From an uncultured Planctomycetales bacterium (GTDB lineage Bacteria; Omnitrophota; Gorgyraeia; Zapsychrales; JBDRMG01): a DNA stretch of 64,000 bases. Made by a program: the position numbers and the translations under genes. The notes under the pieces were generated by a model. The model made no database searches. It was not told the DNA's origin and saw only the letters and a program-made list of their open reading frames with translations. The stretch's first letter is position 1, and each line of letters opens with the position of its first letter. The stretch covers positions 20,220-84,219 of the forward strand of contig CAYZIY010000007.1 of assembly GCA_964478715.1 (NCBI GenBank), given 5' to 3'. Below are positions 10,845-22,094 of the stretch, one piece after another.

Positions 10845-11607
10845 GGTCCATTTTACGGCGGAAATACGATCGAATAAAAAGATTTGCCCAAAGTATTATC
10901 GACTTTCACTTGATGCCAAAGGGATTGTCAAGAAAGTGAAGCCGGGTCAGTTCATTCACCTGAGGGTCACCCAAGGCCTTAATCCATTTTTCCGACGGCC
11001 CTTTAGTATTTTCCAGGCAAAGAAAACTTGTGATATTCTTTACGAGGTGGTCGGACAAGGAACCCAAATACTGGCTGAAAAGAAAAAGGGAGAACATTTG
11101 GATGTTTTAGGTCCACTGGGGCACGGGTTTTCTCTGCCTCAGAGGAGAATCAAACAGATCATTATGGTTGCCGGGGGAGTGGGTATCGCTCCTTTTTTGA
11201 TTCTTTCTGATGCGCTCAAAGAATTTCGAGGGCGAAAGATCTTGCTTTATGGAGCCCGAAGTAAAGGCCATATTTTTCCGTTTAAGGGTTTTCGCGACAG
11301 TGGAGTGAAGACACAAATTTCAACGAATGATGGAAGCGTGGGGCATAAAGGATACGTGACAGAACTGCTTTCTGAGCTGAAAGTGAATCCGAAGGAAGCA
11401 TTTCTTTATGCTTGCGGACCCCGGCCCATGTTAAGGGCTGTCAGCCAGTACGCTCTTGAAAAACAGATTGCTGCTGAAGGATCTTTTGAAGAAGTGATGG
11501 CCTGCGGATTGGGAGCCTGTTTGGGCTGTGCTATTAAAACAAAACAGGGATATCAAACTGTCTGTCGCGACGGCCCTGTTTTTAAGTTCGAGGATATCGT
11601 TTCTTGA
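10836..11607 (+). CDS. pyrK: Dihydroorotate dehydrogenase electron-transfer subunit
   Basis: FAD/NAD-binding fold and C-terminal CGLGACLGC...C 2Fe-2S cysteine cluster. ATG at 10836 overlaps the upstream stop. Confidence 0.85.
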
Positions 11608-11618
11608 GACAGGGGAGC

Positions 11619-12040
11619 TATGTTGTCCGTGCGAGCATTATTGTTGGAACTGTCCGGTAGACTTATCGGGGGAATTTTTGGTATCGGCGGTGGCATTGTC
11701 AGGGTGCCGATTCCAGCCTATTTCTTGAGTTTGGCTCAGCAGGATACTTAGGTAGCTTCGTTTGTGATCATGCTCGCGCGGGTTACCTGTTTCGCTGAAT
11801 CGCTTTACTGCTATGCGGGTCATGTGAAAGTCAGGATTTCGATTTTTTTCCGCTTCGGGATTTTTTAGGCGCTTTTATCGGAATGCCTATTACTCAAGCT
11901 TTTCCGGATCAGAACTTGAAAAGGGATTTGGAATCTTTCTGATTTCTATTGGAATGCAAAGGGCACTATTGCAGTAAGGCATCAAGTGCCCGGTCTCATC
12001 CATTAGATTCATCTTTACTGACACCTGAAGCCTAAATGAT
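11619..12040 (+). pseudogene. Decayed TauE/SafE (DUF81) family permease remnant between pyrK and pyrD
   Basis: A 43-codon ORF, MLSVRALLLELSGRLIGGIFGIGGGIVRVPIPAYFLSLAQQDT*, carries a GxGGG motif. Further TauE-like segments (GAFIGMPITQ...) continue in other frames across stops. No intact ORF of 60 aa or more in 440 bp. Confidence 0.5.
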
Positions 12041-12049
12041 GACCGTATA

Positions 12050-12979
12050 TTGAGCTCAAAAATGAACTTATCCGTCCACATAGGAAAACTAAAACTAAAG
12101 AATCCGGTGACTGTTGCCTCCGGAACGTTTGGTTATGTCGACGCCTATTGCGATACTAAAAAACTCAGTCGGCTCGGCTGCCTGATTCCCAAGACTGTCA
12201 CACTCAAGGCTCAGCAAGGCAATCGGCCGCCTCGGATATGTGAAACCGCTTCGGGGATGCTCAATGCCATAGGAATTGAAAATGAAGGAGTGGATTCTTT
12301 TATTAAGAATAAGATTCCATTTCTCAAAAAGATTGGCGTTCCTTTGATTATCAGTATTCTCGGTTATTCGGATCGGGAATTTTCCATCTTGACAGAAAAA
12401 CTTCAAGGCATTAAAGGCGTGAAAGCTCTCGAGGCCAATCTTTCTTGTCCTAATTTGAAACAAAAAGAACTTGTGGCTCAGGATCCCCGGGCAACTGAGA
12501 GGGTTATTCGCAAGATAAAAAAAGCCAGTCGTTTACCAGTAATAGCCAAGCTTTCTCCTAATGTTACCGATATTGTTTCCATTGCCAAGGCCGCAGAAGC
12601 TGCCGGAGCGGATGCTCTGAGTTTGATCAATACTTATCGGGGAATGGCGATTGACAGCAAGGGTCGGAAACCGGTCTTAGGTAATATCACCGGTGGATTG
12701 AGCGGGCCAGCCATAAAACCTTTGGCTTTACGGATTGTATTTGAGGCGGCCGCAAACGTGCAAATTCCCATTATAGCCATGGGCGGAATAACAAACGCGC
12801 AGGATGCGATTGAGTTCTTTTTAGCCGGGGCCACAGTTGTGGCTGTGGGGACCGCTAATTTCCTTAATCCCTTAACGCCTCTTATCGTTATTGACGGAAT
12901 AAAGAAATATATGAAAAAATATCAATATCGTGATATCAATGATTTGATTGGAGATCTTGAGTCCCATGACAGAAAATAA
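12050..12979 (+). CDS. pyrD: Dihydroorotate dehydrogenase (class 1B) catalytic subunit
   Basis: KLKNPVTVASGTFGY N-terminus, TIM-barrel motifs. Downstream of pyrK. Confidence 0.9.
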   Translation: MSSKMNLSVHIGKLKLKNPVTVASGTFGYVDAYCDTKKLSRLGCLIPKTVTLKAQQGNRPPRICETASGMLNAIGIENEGVDSFIKNKIPFLKKIGVPLIISILGYSDREFSILTEKLQGIKGVKALEANLSCPNLKQKELVAQDPRATERVIRKIKKASRLPVIAKLSPNVTDIVSIAKAAEAAGADALSLINTYRGMAIDSKGRKPVLGNITGGLSGPAIKPLALRIVFEAAANVQIPIIAMGGITNAQDAIEFFLAGATVVAVGTANFLNPLTPLIVIDGIKKYMKKYQYRDINDLIGDLESHDRK

Positions 12980-13712
12980 ATCCAGACTGATTGTTGCTTT
13001 GGATGTAGAATCATTGGCTAAAGCCGGGGAACTAATCGATCTTCTGTATCCGGTTGTTGAGATTTTTAAAGTCGGTAGCCAACTTTTTACAGCCTGTGGT
13101 CCCGCTGCGGTGCGTTTTGTCCAGGCTCGCGGAGGAAAAGTTTTTTTGGATCTGAAATATCACGATATTCCAAATACGGTCGCTCAGGCCGTTACCCGGG
13201 CGGTGAGCCTGACTCTTCCTGAGCACGATGCCTCTGGATCAAATGGACAGACACCATCGGAAAAAGGCCTTTTTATGTTGACGATTCATACGCAAGGCGG
13301 CCTCGAGATGTGTCAGAGAGCTGCCGAGGCCGCCCAAAAAACAGCCTTAGAAAAAGGTCTGCGTAAGCCCGTTGTGTTAGGGATTACTGTCTTGACAAGC
13401 GAAAAGAAAGCCGATAGGATACAATTTCTTGTTATCGAACGAGCTCAACTAGCCAGGAAATCCGGCTGTGACGGAGTAGTCGCCTCTGTTGAGGAGGCTG
13501 CCTTAATCCGGCGAGAAATTGGAGAAGATTTCATTATTGTCACGCCGGGAATCCGATCCGAAGGTGCGCAAAAAGGGGATCAAAAAAGGGTTGCTACCCC
13601 CAAAGAGGCTATCACTCAGGGCAGTGATTTTATTGTTGTTGGACGACCAGTCATCCAAGCACAGGATCCCCTTAAAGCAGTTCGCGCGATTATTGATGAA
13701 ATGAATTCATGA
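12966..13712 (+). CDS. pyrF: Orotidine 5'-phosphate decarboxylase
   Basis: LIVALDV...K motif. Start taken at the internal ATG (MTENKSR). Confidence 0.9.
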   Translation: MTENKSRLIVALDVESLAKAGELIDLLYPVVEIFKVGSQLFTACGPAAVRFVQARGGKVFLDLKYHDIPNTVAQAVTRAVSLTLPEHDASGSNGQTPSEKGLFMLTIHTQGGLEMCQRAAEAAQKTALEKGLRKPVVLGITVLTSEKKADRIQFLVIERAQLARKSGCDGVVASVEEAALIRREIGEDFIIVTPGIRSEGAQKGDQKRVATPKEAITQGSDFIVVGRPVIQAQDPLKAVRAIIDEMNS

Positions 13713-13728
13713 TAAGGAGAACGCAACG

Positions 13729-14364
13729 ATGTCTCAGCAAGTTCAGGAATTGATTAATAAGATCAAGAGCGAAGGAATTGATTCGGCCAAACAAAAAGCC
13801 TCTGAGATAGAAAAGCAGGCACAACAAAAAGCCCAGGATATTATCGAAAAGGCCCAGCAAGAAGCTGAGCAAATCATCCAGAAGGCCGAAAATGAATCTC
13901 AGCTGAAGAAAGAAAAAACGGAAAATGCTCTTAAGCAGTCTTCCCGCGATATGATTCTCACGCTGAAAAAAGAGATTAAAAAAATTCTTGATAACATTAT
14001 CCAGGAGGATGTCAAGGAGGTTTTATCTCGGGATCGGATGGCCCAGATCATCGCTGTTTCCATCAATGCATTTCTGGATCAAGGAAAACCAGATCACGAC
14101 ATCATCGTGACCGTTTCCGAAAAAGATCAGCAAGCGATCAAGAAAAGCGTTTTTACCAAAATCAAGGGTAAAGTCAAAGAGGGGATTGTTTTTAGAACGA
14201 GCGGTCTGCTCGATAAGGGTTTTTCAATCAGCTTCGATGCAGGAAAATCGGCTTTTGATTTTAGCGACCAGGCATTAGCGGAGTATTTAAGCAATTTTCT
14301 CCACGCGGAAACATCCCAGATCATTCAAAGCGCAGTAGATCAAAAAGACTCAAAAATCCAATGA
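13729..14364 (+). CDS. atpE: V/A-type ATP synthase subunit E
   Basis: 211 aa, lysine- and glutamate-rich coiled-coil N-terminus. First gene of the V-ATPase operon. Confidence 0.8.
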   Translation: MSQQVQELINKIKSEGIDSAKQKASEIEKQAQQKAQDIIEKAQQEAEQIIQKAENESQLKKEKTENALKQSSRDMILTLKKEIKKILDNIIQEDVKEVLSRDRMAQIIAVSINAFLDQGKPDHDIIVTVSEKDQQAIKKSVFTKIKGKVKEGIVFRTSGLLDKGFSISFDAGKSAFDFSDQALAEYLSNFLHAETSQIIQSAVDQKDSKIQ

Positions 14365-14924
14365 CAAACTATTATTATCTGGTCTCAAGTTTGCCGATAC
14401 TTAAAAAAGACGAGAAGCCTTTTCTGAGTTACGGAGATTTTCTTAAAGAATGCGAGAGGATTTGTTCACGCGATGATTTCTCACTGATTCAAAAAGCGAA
14501 TTTTGAGATTTCTGTGGATGATCCCGCATGCCGGCGCAACGATCTCTTAAAGCATTGGGCTGTTTATCTCAATTGCTATTCTAATGAAATGGCTCGATTC
14601 CGGGCCTTGCGTGCTCATAAAGATCCCATGGGTTATCTGCGCGGGGATAAATGCGTCAATCCGTTTCTTGCCGATGCCGTGAGCCAGGCTTTCAAGCAAA
14701 CCGATCCTCTCAAAGGAGAATTATTTTTAGATGAAACAATATGGGAATTTATTGAATGTTTGAGCAGTTACCATCAATTTGATCTGGAAACGCTGATTGC
14801 CTATGGATTGAAGCTACAGATTCTTGATCGCAAGCAAGTCTTTGAGTCCTCTGAAGGTCAAAAAATTTTGGACAGTTACAGCGGGGAAGTCCTGGAAGCT
14901 ATCAATAAAGGTGGAGACTCATGA
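14361..14924 (+). CDS. DUF2764-like V-ATPase-associated protein
   Basis: 187-aa ORF between atpE and atpA, the same position as the conserved hypothetical gene in Chlamydia and spirochaete V-ATPase operons. Confidence 0.6.
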   Translation: MTNYYYLVSSLPILKKDEKPFLSYGDFLKECERICSRDDFSLIQKANFEISVDDPACRRNDLLKHWAVYLNCYSNEMARFRALRAHKDPMGYLRGDKCVNPFLADAVSQAFKQTDPLKGELFLDETIWEFIECLSSYHQFDLETLIAYGLKLQILDRKQVFESSEGQKILDSYSGEVLEAINKGGDS

Positions 14925-16675
14925 CACAAACACAAGAAAAAAGACGAATAGGAAAAGTTATCGGTGTTAACGGTAACATGGTCAAAGTTGCCTTTGATAC
15001 TCACGTGATCCAAAATGAGGTCGCTTATATTCTCTGCGGGCAAGAACGTCTTAAATCAGAAGTGATTCGTATCCGGGGAAAACAGGCCGAGATTCAATGT
15101 TTCGAAGATACCCAGAACATTCAAGTGGGTTTTGATGTGGAATTTAGCAATGAACTTCTTAGCGTCGAACTCGGTCCGGGTTTGATCGGTCAAGTATTTG
15201 ACGGGTTGCAGAATCCCTTGCCGCAGTTGGCGAAAAAATATGGTTTTTTCTTAAAGCGCGGGAAATATCTGGATCCTTTGCCCGATGACAGTCGCTGGGA
15301 ATTCACGCCGAGAGCAAAAGAAGGCGATAGGGTGCGCGCCGGTTCAAAACTTGGAGAGGTTCCTGAGAAGATCTTCCAGCATTGGATTATGGTTCCTTTT
15401 TATTTGCGGGGAGAATGCGAAATCACTGAAATCGCATTCAAAGGAACTTATCGCTTGACGCAGGAGATTGCTAAAGTACGTGATGAAAAGGGACAAGTCC
15501 ATCCAGTGACAATGCAGCAAACCTGGCCTGTGAAAATTCCTATCAGTGCTTATGAGCAGAAACTGCTCCCCCGGGAACCTTTAGTTACCAAAATTCGAAT
15601 CATTGATGCCTTAATGCCGGTGGCCCGCGGAGGAACTTTTTGTACGCCCGGTCCCTTTGGTAGCGGTAAAACTGTTCTGCAGCATTTGATCAGCCGGCAT
15701 GCGGAAGCCGATCTTGTCATTATCGCTGCCTGCGGAGAGCGCGCCGGTGAAGTCGTTGAAGTCTTAAGAACCTTTCCGGAGTTGACAGATCCACGGACCG
15801 GAAAGAAATTGATTGATCGGACCATTATTATCTGCAACACAAGTTCCATGCCGGTGGCTGCCCGGGAATCCAGCGTCTATACAGCGGTAACCCTGGGGGA
15901 ATATTATCGCCAGATGGGATTAAATGTTTTACTTTTGGCTGATTCGACTTCCCGATGGGCGCAGGCCATGCGTGAAGTGTCCGGTCGCTTAGAAGAAATA
16001 CCCGGCGAGGAAGCTTTTCCAGCCTATTTAGAAACGCGCATTGCCTCTTTTTATGAGCGGGCCGGTCTGGTTAAGTTGCATGACGGAAGCTGTGGGTCTG
16101 TTACTATCGGTGGGGCGGTTTCTCCCGCCGGAGGCAATTTTGAAGAACCGGTTACACAGGCCACACTAAAGGTTGTTGGTGCTTTTCACGGGCTCTCGCG
16201 AGATCGGGCTAATGCCAGACGGTATCCGGCCATAGATCCTTTAGAAAGTTGGAGTAAATACCAAAGCTTTATCCCTCAGCAGGCTATTCAAAAGGGGACG
16301 AAAATTATCCAAAGAAGCAATTCCGTTCATCAAATGATGAAAGTGATTGGCGAAGAAGGGACATCTTTGGGAGATTTTATTGATTATTTAAAAGGAGAAT
16401 TTTTTGATGCCGTTTTCTTGCAGCAGAACGCTTTCGATAAGGTTGATGAGGCTACAACCGCAGAGCGTCAGAAACATGTTATTGGTTTGATCGAAGAAAT
16501 TCTTGATCTTGAGATGGATTTTGAGTCTAAAGAAAAAGCCCGGCGGTTTTTTCAGGAGTTAAGGCAAAAATTCATCAACTGGAATTCAACGGAATTTCAG
16601 GTCGATGCTTTCAAGAGAATCGAAAAAGAATTGCGCGACAAAATCGGTAATAAAGGCGGTTCTGACAATGCGTAA
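14921..16675 (+). CDS. atpA: V-type ATP synthase catalytic subunit A
   Basis: P-loop GPFGSGKTV, 584 aa. Confidence 0.95.
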   Translation: MTQTQEKRRIGKVIGVNGNMVKVAFDTHVIQNEVAYILCGQERLKSEVIRIRGKQAEIQCFEDTQNIQVGFDVEFSNELLSVELGPGLIGQVFDGLQNPLPQLAKKYGFFLKRGKYLDPLPDDSRWEFTPRAKEGDRVRAGSKLGEVPEKIFQHWIMVPFYLRGECEITEIAFKGTYRLTQEIAKVRDEKGQVHPVTMQQTWPVKIPISAYEQKLLPREPLVTKIRIIDALMPVARGGTFCTPGPFGSGKTVLQHLISRHAEADLVIIAACGERAGEVVEVLRTFPELTDPRTGKKLIDRTIIICNTSSMPVAARESSVYTAVTLGEYYRQMGLNVLLLADSTSRWAQAMREVSGRLEEIPGEEAFPAYLETRIASFYERAGLVKLHDGSCGSVTIGGAVSPAGGNFEEPVTQATLKVVGAFHGLSRDRANARRYPAIDPLESWSKYQSFIPQQAIQKGTKIIQRSNSVHQMMKVIGEEGTSLGDFIDYLKGEFFDAVFLQQNAFDKVDEATTAERQKHVIGLIEEILDLEMDFESKEKARRFFQELRQKFINWNSTEFQVDAFKRIEKELRDKIGNKGGSDNA

Positions 16676-18005
16676 AATTTACAGTCAAATTCTTCAGATC
16701 GCAGGTGATGTCATCACAGTGGAAGCCGAAAACGTAGGCTATCGGGAGCTTGCTGAAATCAAGACAAAACGGGGCGCGTCATTGGCCCAGGTGATTCGGT
16801 TGGACGGGAACAAGGTTTCCCTTCAAGTGCTCGCCGGAAGCCGCGGTATTTCAACAGACGATCAAGTGCGTTTTCTTCGGCATCCAATGCGTATTTCCTA
16901 TTCAAGTAATCTTTTGGGTCGTATATTTACCGGAAGCGGTCTGCCGCGCGATCAAGGCCCGTCTTTGTCCGAGAATATGATTGATATCGGAGGTCCCCCT
17001 GTCAATCCTTCCAAGAGAATCATTCCTAAGAATATGATCAGGACAGGAATCCCGATGATCGATATTTTCAATTCGCTGGTGGAATCGCAAAAACTGCCTG
17101 TTTTTTCTGTCGCCGGCGAACCCTACAATCCTCTGCTCGCCAGGATAGCGATGCAGGCTGAGGTAGATATCATCATTTTGGGTGCGATGGGTTTAAAGTA
17201 CGACGATTATCTTTATTTTAAAAATACCTTCGAACAAAATGGTTCGCTGTCACGATCCATCTTCTTTGTTCATACGGCCAGCGATCCAACGGTGGAATGT
17301 TTACTTGTTCCCGATGTGAGTTTGGCTGTGGCCGAGCAGTTTGCGCTTGAAGGCAAACGGGTATTGGTGCTTTTAAGCGACATGACCAATTTCTGTGATG
17401 CCTTAAAGGAAATTGCCATTACGATGGAACAGATTCCCTCTAATCGGGGGTATCCCGGAGATCTCTACAGCCAGTTAGCCGGCCGTTATGAAAAGGCCGT
17501 AGATTTTGATACGGCCGGCTCCATCACTATCCTGGCGGCGACAACCATGCCGGGTGACGACGTGACCCATCCGGTTCCTGACAACACAGGCTATATCACC
17601 GAGGGCCAATTTTATCTTAGGGGTGGACATATTGAACCCTTCGGCTCCTTGAGCCGTTTAAAGCAACAGGTAAACGGTGAGACAAGAGATGATCATCGCG
17701 CGATCATGGATCGAATGATTCAGTTATTCGCCGATTATCGCGAAGCCTTGGAGAAGAAATCTCTGGGTTTTCAGATGAGTCATTGGGATAAAAAGCTTTT
17801 GGCTTATGGAAAACGTTTCGAAGAAGAACTCATGGATCTTTCGGTCAACATTCCTCTTGAAGAGGCTTTGGATCGGGGATGGACCATTTTGGCGGACATA
17901 TTCGATCAGACTGAGACGGGAATGAAGGATTTCTTGCTGGAAAAACACTGGCCGAAGGAAAAAAAGCAAAAAGATCATGAGCAAGATCAAACTGACCAAA
18001 GGTGA
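16668..18005 (+). CDS. atpB: V-type ATP synthase subunit B
   Basis: Non-catalytic nucleotide-binding fold. ATG at 16668 overlaps the atpA stop (ATGCGTAA). Confidence 0.95.
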   Translation: MRKIYSQILQIAGDVITVEAENVGYRELAEIKTKRGASLAQVIRLDGNKVSLQVLAGSRGISTDDQVRFLRHPMRISYSSNLLGRIFTGSGLPRDQGPSLSENMIDIGGPPVNPSKRIIPKNMIRTGIPMIDIFNSLVESQKLPVFSVAGEPYNPLLARIAMQAEVDIIILGAMGLKYDDYLYFKNTFEQNGSLSRSIFFVHTASDPTVECLLVPDVSLAVAEQFALEGKRVLVLLSDMTNFCDALKEIAITMEQIPSNRGYPGDLYSQLAGRYEKAVDFDTAGSITILAATTMPGDDVTHPVPDNTGYITEGQFYLRGGHIEPFGSLSRLKQQVNGETRDDHRAIMDRMIQLFADYREALEKKSLGFQMSHWDKKLLAYGKRFEEELMDLSVNIPLEEALDRGWTILADIFDQTETGMKDFLLEKHWPKEKKQKDHEQDQTDQR

Positions 18006-18585
18006 ACTCAAGCGCCAGCGTGACAGCTTGCAGCAATATGAGCATTATCTACCGACCTTACAGCTTAAGAAACAGCAGCTTCAAGCTAAAATTCTGGAAG
18101 TCAAAAGAGGATTGGCTGAAAGGGAAAAACTTTTGGATGAAAAAAAGCAATTCATTGAACAATGGAGCGGGTTGCTGGCCGACGTTCGCTTTGAAATCAG
18201 ACCATGGGTGATCCCTGTTCAGGTTGTAAAGGAAGATGTCAATATCGCAGGCGTCAGACTTCCGTTGTGCAAATCCATCCAGTATAAAGACATTGATTAC
18301 GATTTTTATGCAACTCCTTTTTGGACTGACCAAGCCATTGAGCGGATGAGAGATTTCTTTAATATCCTTATTGAAGTAAATCTGATCAAAAGACAAATAG
18401 ATATTCTGGCTCAAGAGTTACGCATAATTACTCAACGCGTTAATCTTTTTGAGAAGGTCAAAATACCCGAATGCATGGATCATATCAGAAAAATACGGAT
18501 TTATCTTGGTGATCAGCAGGCTAGTGCCGTTGGGATCAGTAAGGTTGCCAAGAAAAAGATCGAATCCCTCAGCGTGGTCGGATAA
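17977..18585 (+). CDS. atpD: V-type ATP synthase subunit D
   Basis: 202 aa, N-terminal [15 protein letters not shown]...LKKQQL coiled coil typical of subunit D. Confidence 0.85.
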   Translation: MSKIKLTKGELKRQRDSLQQYEHYLPTLQLKKQQLQAKILEVKRGLAEREKLLDEKKQFIEQWSGLLADVRFEIRPWVIPVQVVKEDVNIAGVRLPLCKSIQYKDIDYDFYATPFWTDQAIERMRDFFNILIEVNLIKRQIDILAQELRIITQRVNLFEKVKIPECMDHIRKIRIYLGDQQASAVGISKVAKKKIESLSVVG

Positions 18586-18587
18586 CT

Positions 18588-20354
18588 ATGATTGTTTCCA
18601 TGAAAAAAGTTTATGTCATTACCCAAGACAAGGACGTCTCTCTTGCTGTAGGGGCACTTAAAAGTTTCGGTGCTTTGCACATTGAGCATGAACAATCTCC
18701 TTTAAGCGATGATGTGAACAAACTAAAAGAACAGATTGATACTGTTTCTCGCGTCATTGAATTTTTATCGATTAAGCAGGAGAAGCAGGGGAATATGGCC
18801 ACCGATCAGTGGCTGGAGACGGCACAGCGTATTGTCCGTACTCAGGAAGAGATTCATGAGCTTCAAGATGAAATGATTAGCCGCAAGATGGTCATTCAGC
18901 AATGGGAGCCCTGGGGCGATTTTTCTCTTAAAGATATCAATTATTTAAAGAACCATGGCATTTATCTCGGACTTTATCGAATTCCCTTAAAAGCATTGAA
19001 AAGCATCGGTGAGGATATTGTTTTGCAGGTGGTTTTCCGTTTTTCCGGCATGGCTTATTGTGTGGTCGTTAGTGATTATGAGATTAAACTTGATTTTGAA
19101 CAAATAAAATTTCCTGAAACGGGACTGAGTCAACTAAAGATATTGCAGAGCCAAGATGCTGACAAGCTAGAGAAAAAAGAAAAAAGACTCAAAGAAATGG
19201 CTCAATATCGGCAGTATTATCTGGAGCTGATCGAACAGCTGAAAATGGAATTAAAAACCAAGGAAGCTATCGCCGCTGTAAAACAGGCAGAATCTCTGGC
19301 TTATCTCAAGGGTTTTTGTCCGAAACCGTCTTGTGAGTCTCTGCGCCATTATGCCAAAAGAAAGAAATGGGGTCTTATCATGGAGGACCCGGGCGAAGGT
19401 GAAAGAGTGCCTACCATGCTTCGTAATCCAAGATGGGTCGAAATCATTCAGCCGGTTTTTAGGATGATGAATATTCTTCCCGGATATTGCGAAGTGGATA
19501 TCAGTCTGTTTTTTCTGATTTTCTTTTCAGTTTTCTTCGGTATGCTGATTGGCGATGCTGGATATGGGCTGGTTTTTGCAGGGCTGACGATTTGGGGACA
19601 TCTAAAAACAAAAGGAAAACCGAATCAGTCTCTTTTTATTCTGATGTATGTTCTTAGCGGTTGTGCGGTTATCTGGGGAGTCTTAACCGGGACGTTTTTC
19701 GGGCAAAAGTGGCTGGCTGGAAACATCCAGCCACTTTTGCCCTGGCTTGCGGATAATACGCATATCCAGAAACTTTGTTTTTTGATTGGCGCGATTCATT
19801 TAAGTATTGCGCACGCCTGGCGGGCGTTAATTAAATGGCCTTCGAAAAGCGTTGTCAGTGAATTTGGCTGGCTGAGTTTGCTTTGGGGGATGTATTTTCT
19901 GGCAAAGTTATTAATTTTGAATCAACCGTTGCCTCCATTTTCAAACGTTCTTTTTATCGGCGGAGCGCTGGGTGTAATATTTTTTAGCAAACCGCAAAAG
20001 AATATCCTGAAAGGTATGGCGGTTGGCTTAGGGGAATTATTAATTAATGTTCTAAATACGTTTACCGATGTGGTGTCCTATATCCGACTATTTGCCGTTG
20101 GTTTAGCGACCGTTGCCGTAGCTGATGCCTTTAATCAGATGGCGGCGGAAATCGGCATGGGGAGTTTTCTATCGGGCCTGGCCATGTCCCTGATTCTGGT
20201 TTTTGGACACTTGCTGAATATTCTTCTAGGAGCGATGGCGATCTTGGTACACGGGGTAAGATTAAATGTTTTGGAATTTTCTAGTCATTTGAATATGGAA
20301 TGGAGCGGGATCCCGTATGATCCCCTAAGAGAGACCAAAAACATCAAAGTTTAA
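18588..20354 (+). CDS. atpI: V-type ATP synthase subunit I (membrane a subunit)
   Basis: 588 aa, soluble coiled-coil N-terminal half and multi-TM C-terminal half with conserved Arg (YIRLFAVGLA). Confidence 0.85.
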   Translation: MIVSMKKVYVITQDKDVSLAVGALKSFGALHIEHEQSPLSDDVNKLKEQIDTVSRVIEFLSIKQEKQGNMATDQWLETAQRIVRTQEEIHELQDEMISRKMVIQQWEPWGDFSLKDINYLKNHGIYLGLYRIPLKALKSIGEDIVLQVVFRFSGMAYCVVVSDYEIKLDFEQIKFPETGLSQLKILQSQDADKLEKKEKRLKEMAQYRQYYLELIEQLKMELKTKEAIAAVKQAESLAYLKGFCPKPSCESLRHYAKRKKWGLIMEDPGEGERVPTMLRNPRWVEIIQPVFRMMNILPGYCEVDISLFFLIFFSVFFGMLIGDAGYGLVFAGLTIWGHLKTKGKPNQSLFILMYVLSGCAVIWGVLTGTFFGQKWLAGNIQPLLPWLADNTHIQKLCFLIGAIHLSIAHAWRALIKWPSKSVVSEFGWLSLLWGMYFLAKLLILNQPLPPFSNVLFIGGALGVIFFSKPQKNILKGMAVGLGELLINVLNTFTDVVSYIRLFAVGLATVAVADAFNQMAAEIGMGSFLSGLAMSLILVFGHLLNILLGAMAILVHGVRLNVLEFSSHLNMEWSGIPYDPLRETKNIKV

Positions 20355-20364
20355 CACAAGGAGT

Positions 20365-20826
20365 TTGATTATGGAAAATGCGGTTCTTTGGCAGCTTCAG
20401 GATTTAGGGGTCGCCGGTGCTTTAGCTTTGGCAGCGGCAGGTTCAGCTCTGGGCACCGGGGTAGCCGGTATGGCGGCTGTCGGAGCGTGGAAAAAGTGTT
20501 TTGCGATGAGTAAAGCGGCACCTTTTATCTTAACGGTTTTTGTGGGTGCGCCATTATCCCAAACGATTTACGGGATGATTGTGATGAATTCCTTAATCAA
20601 TAACGTGACTCAGGGAGATTTCTTCTGGGGCGCGGGTCTGCTCGGCGGAATAGCGATGGGACTGTCGGCCTGGATGCAGGGCAAAGCCGGTGCTGCCGCC
20701 GCCGATGCGCTAGCCGAAACAGGCAAGGGATTTGGAAATTATCTGATTGTTTTAGGGATTATCGAGACGGTCGCCCTGTTTGTTATGGTTTTTACTTTGA
20801 TGGGTACCGGGAAGATAGTTGGCTAG
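20365..20826 (+). CDS. atpK: V-type ATP synthase proteolipid subunit K
   Basis: 153-aa glycine- and alanine-rich hairpin protein with the essential acidic residue (GIIETVAL). Confidence 0.8.
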   Translation: MIMENAVLWQLQDLGVAGALALAAAGSALGTGVAGMAAVGAWKKCFAMSKAAPFILTVFVGAPLSQTIYGMIVMNSLINNVTQGDFFWGAGLLGGIAMGLSAWMQGKAGAAAADALAETGKGFGNYLIVLGIIETVALFVMVFTLMGTGKIVG

Positions 20827-20833
20827 ATTTAAC

Positions 20834-20907
20834 GGGGAATTAGCTCAGTTGGTTAGAGCGTCTGACTTACATTCAGAAGGCCAGGGGTTCGAGTCCTCTA
20901 TTCCCCA
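20834..20907 (+). tRNA. tRNA-Val (anticodon TAC)
   Basis: Acceptor stem GGGGAAT/ATTCCCC. D-arm GCTC...GAGC. Anticodon stem TCTGA/TCAGA with loop CTTACAT. T-arm CCAGGGG-TTCGAGT-CCTCT? 74 nt. Confidence 0.85.
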
Positions 20908-20971
20908 TTAAACAGAATGAAATTGAATGCGGGCTAGGGAGTTCTGCACTGCCCACCATTTTTTTAGACCT

Positions 20972-21008
20972 CATTTATTAAACTGCGTAGTCACTACGCA
21001 GTTTTTTT
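20972..21008 (+). terminator. Rho-independent terminator (CTGCGTAGT-CACTACGCAG plus 7 T) after the atp operon and tRNA-Val
   Basis: Perfect 9-bp stem followed by TTTTTTT. Confidence 0.6.
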
Positions 21009-21087
21009 ATCAAGAACGAACCCAGTTAACGGCTGAATCCATATCTTCAAAAATCTTCACGCGATTGGTGGTTTTAATCTTTTGACC

Positions 21088-21294
21088 CTAACTCCAGAGG
21101 CGATTCCAATTCGATTCAGATTCTACCACAATGGCGCATTTGCCGTCTCCGATTTTTTCTTCATTTTCCATGTGAAATTTCCTGATCATTTTGAGGTCTT
21201 CTAAAGTCGCTTGAGAAAGATCAATGCCGCGGTGGTCGAAGATTATCTTTCCGCTTGGTTGATAAGAAGGAGATTCAAGGATCGCTTTGGCCAT
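21088..21294 (-). CDS. Hypothetical small protein (68 aa), uncharacterised
   Basis: ORF only. No recognisable motif. Lies in an AT-rich region with a 15-bp direct repeat (gtgatcaaaagtttt, two copies) upstream of tRNA-Asp. Confidence 0.25.
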   Translation of the reverse strand: MAKAILESPSYQPSGKIIFDHRGIDLSQATLEDLKMIRKFHMENEEKIGDGKCAIVVESESNWNRLWS

Positions 21295-21589
21295 ATCAAT
21301 AAAACCCTCCTTGGCCGTTCATGAGCTCTGTGGTTTTGATTAACAAAAAATCTTCAGGATTATGAGATGTTAAGTCAACTTCCAATATTTTCTATATAAA
21401 TCCGTGTTTATCGTTTTATGTTGTAAGTTGCTCAGTTTATCATTAATACATTTTATAAACAATAGGTTGCGACCATTTCCAAAAATTAACCTTAACAATG
21501 TGTTGTGATCAAAAGTTTTCGTGATCAAAAGTTTTTCTTTACAAACCCTTATTTCCATATTAAACTTGGAATCAAAATTTAAATTGGAT

Positions 21590-21667
21590 GGGCCCGTGGT
21601 GTAGCCCGGTTAACATATCTGCTTGTCACGCAGAAGATCGCGAGTTCAAATCTCGTCGGGCCCGCCA
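21590..21667 (+). tRNA. tRNA-Asp (anticodon GTC) with encoded 3' CCA
   Basis: Acceptor stem GGGCCCG/CGGGCCC. Anticodon stem TCTGC/GCAGA with loop TTGTCAC. T-arm GCGAG-TTCAAAT-CTCGT. Ends GCCA. Confidence 0.85.
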
Positions 21668-22094
21668 AATGAAATCCTGCTTTTGCAGGATTTCTTATTT
21701 GGTAAAGCTCACCCGTTTATCATAACGATGGTAGGGTTGATATAGCGGTCCGCTAGTGTGATTCTTTTAAATCAACTCTGGCGCATAAACGGAAGTCAAA
21801 ATTAATGCCGAGCCCTTCCTTGCTTTACTGACACGATTTTCAAATAAAAAAGAAGTTGTCTTGCGTCTTCTTTCGGTTGACGCGCTAGTTAAAAACTATT
21901 GGCTTTTTGCTCAAGAATGATCACGCCTTGATTTCAGGCCCAGCCGGGCCGACTGGTAAACTGGTTGAACTGTGCTGTAATCTCGAAGTGTTTTTATAGA
22001 AAACTATTAAAACGATTGTTGGGCATATCAATGAAAATAAATGATACCAAGTATGCAGACAACGCCTTCGATATGGTTGTATGCGTGAAACACT

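Noticed and set aside
21370-21558. 62-aa minus-strand ORF in the AT-rich region upstream of tRNA-Asp
   Set aside because: The region is AT-rich and promoter-like with direct repeats. The ORF has no RBS or recognisable fold and is likely spurious.
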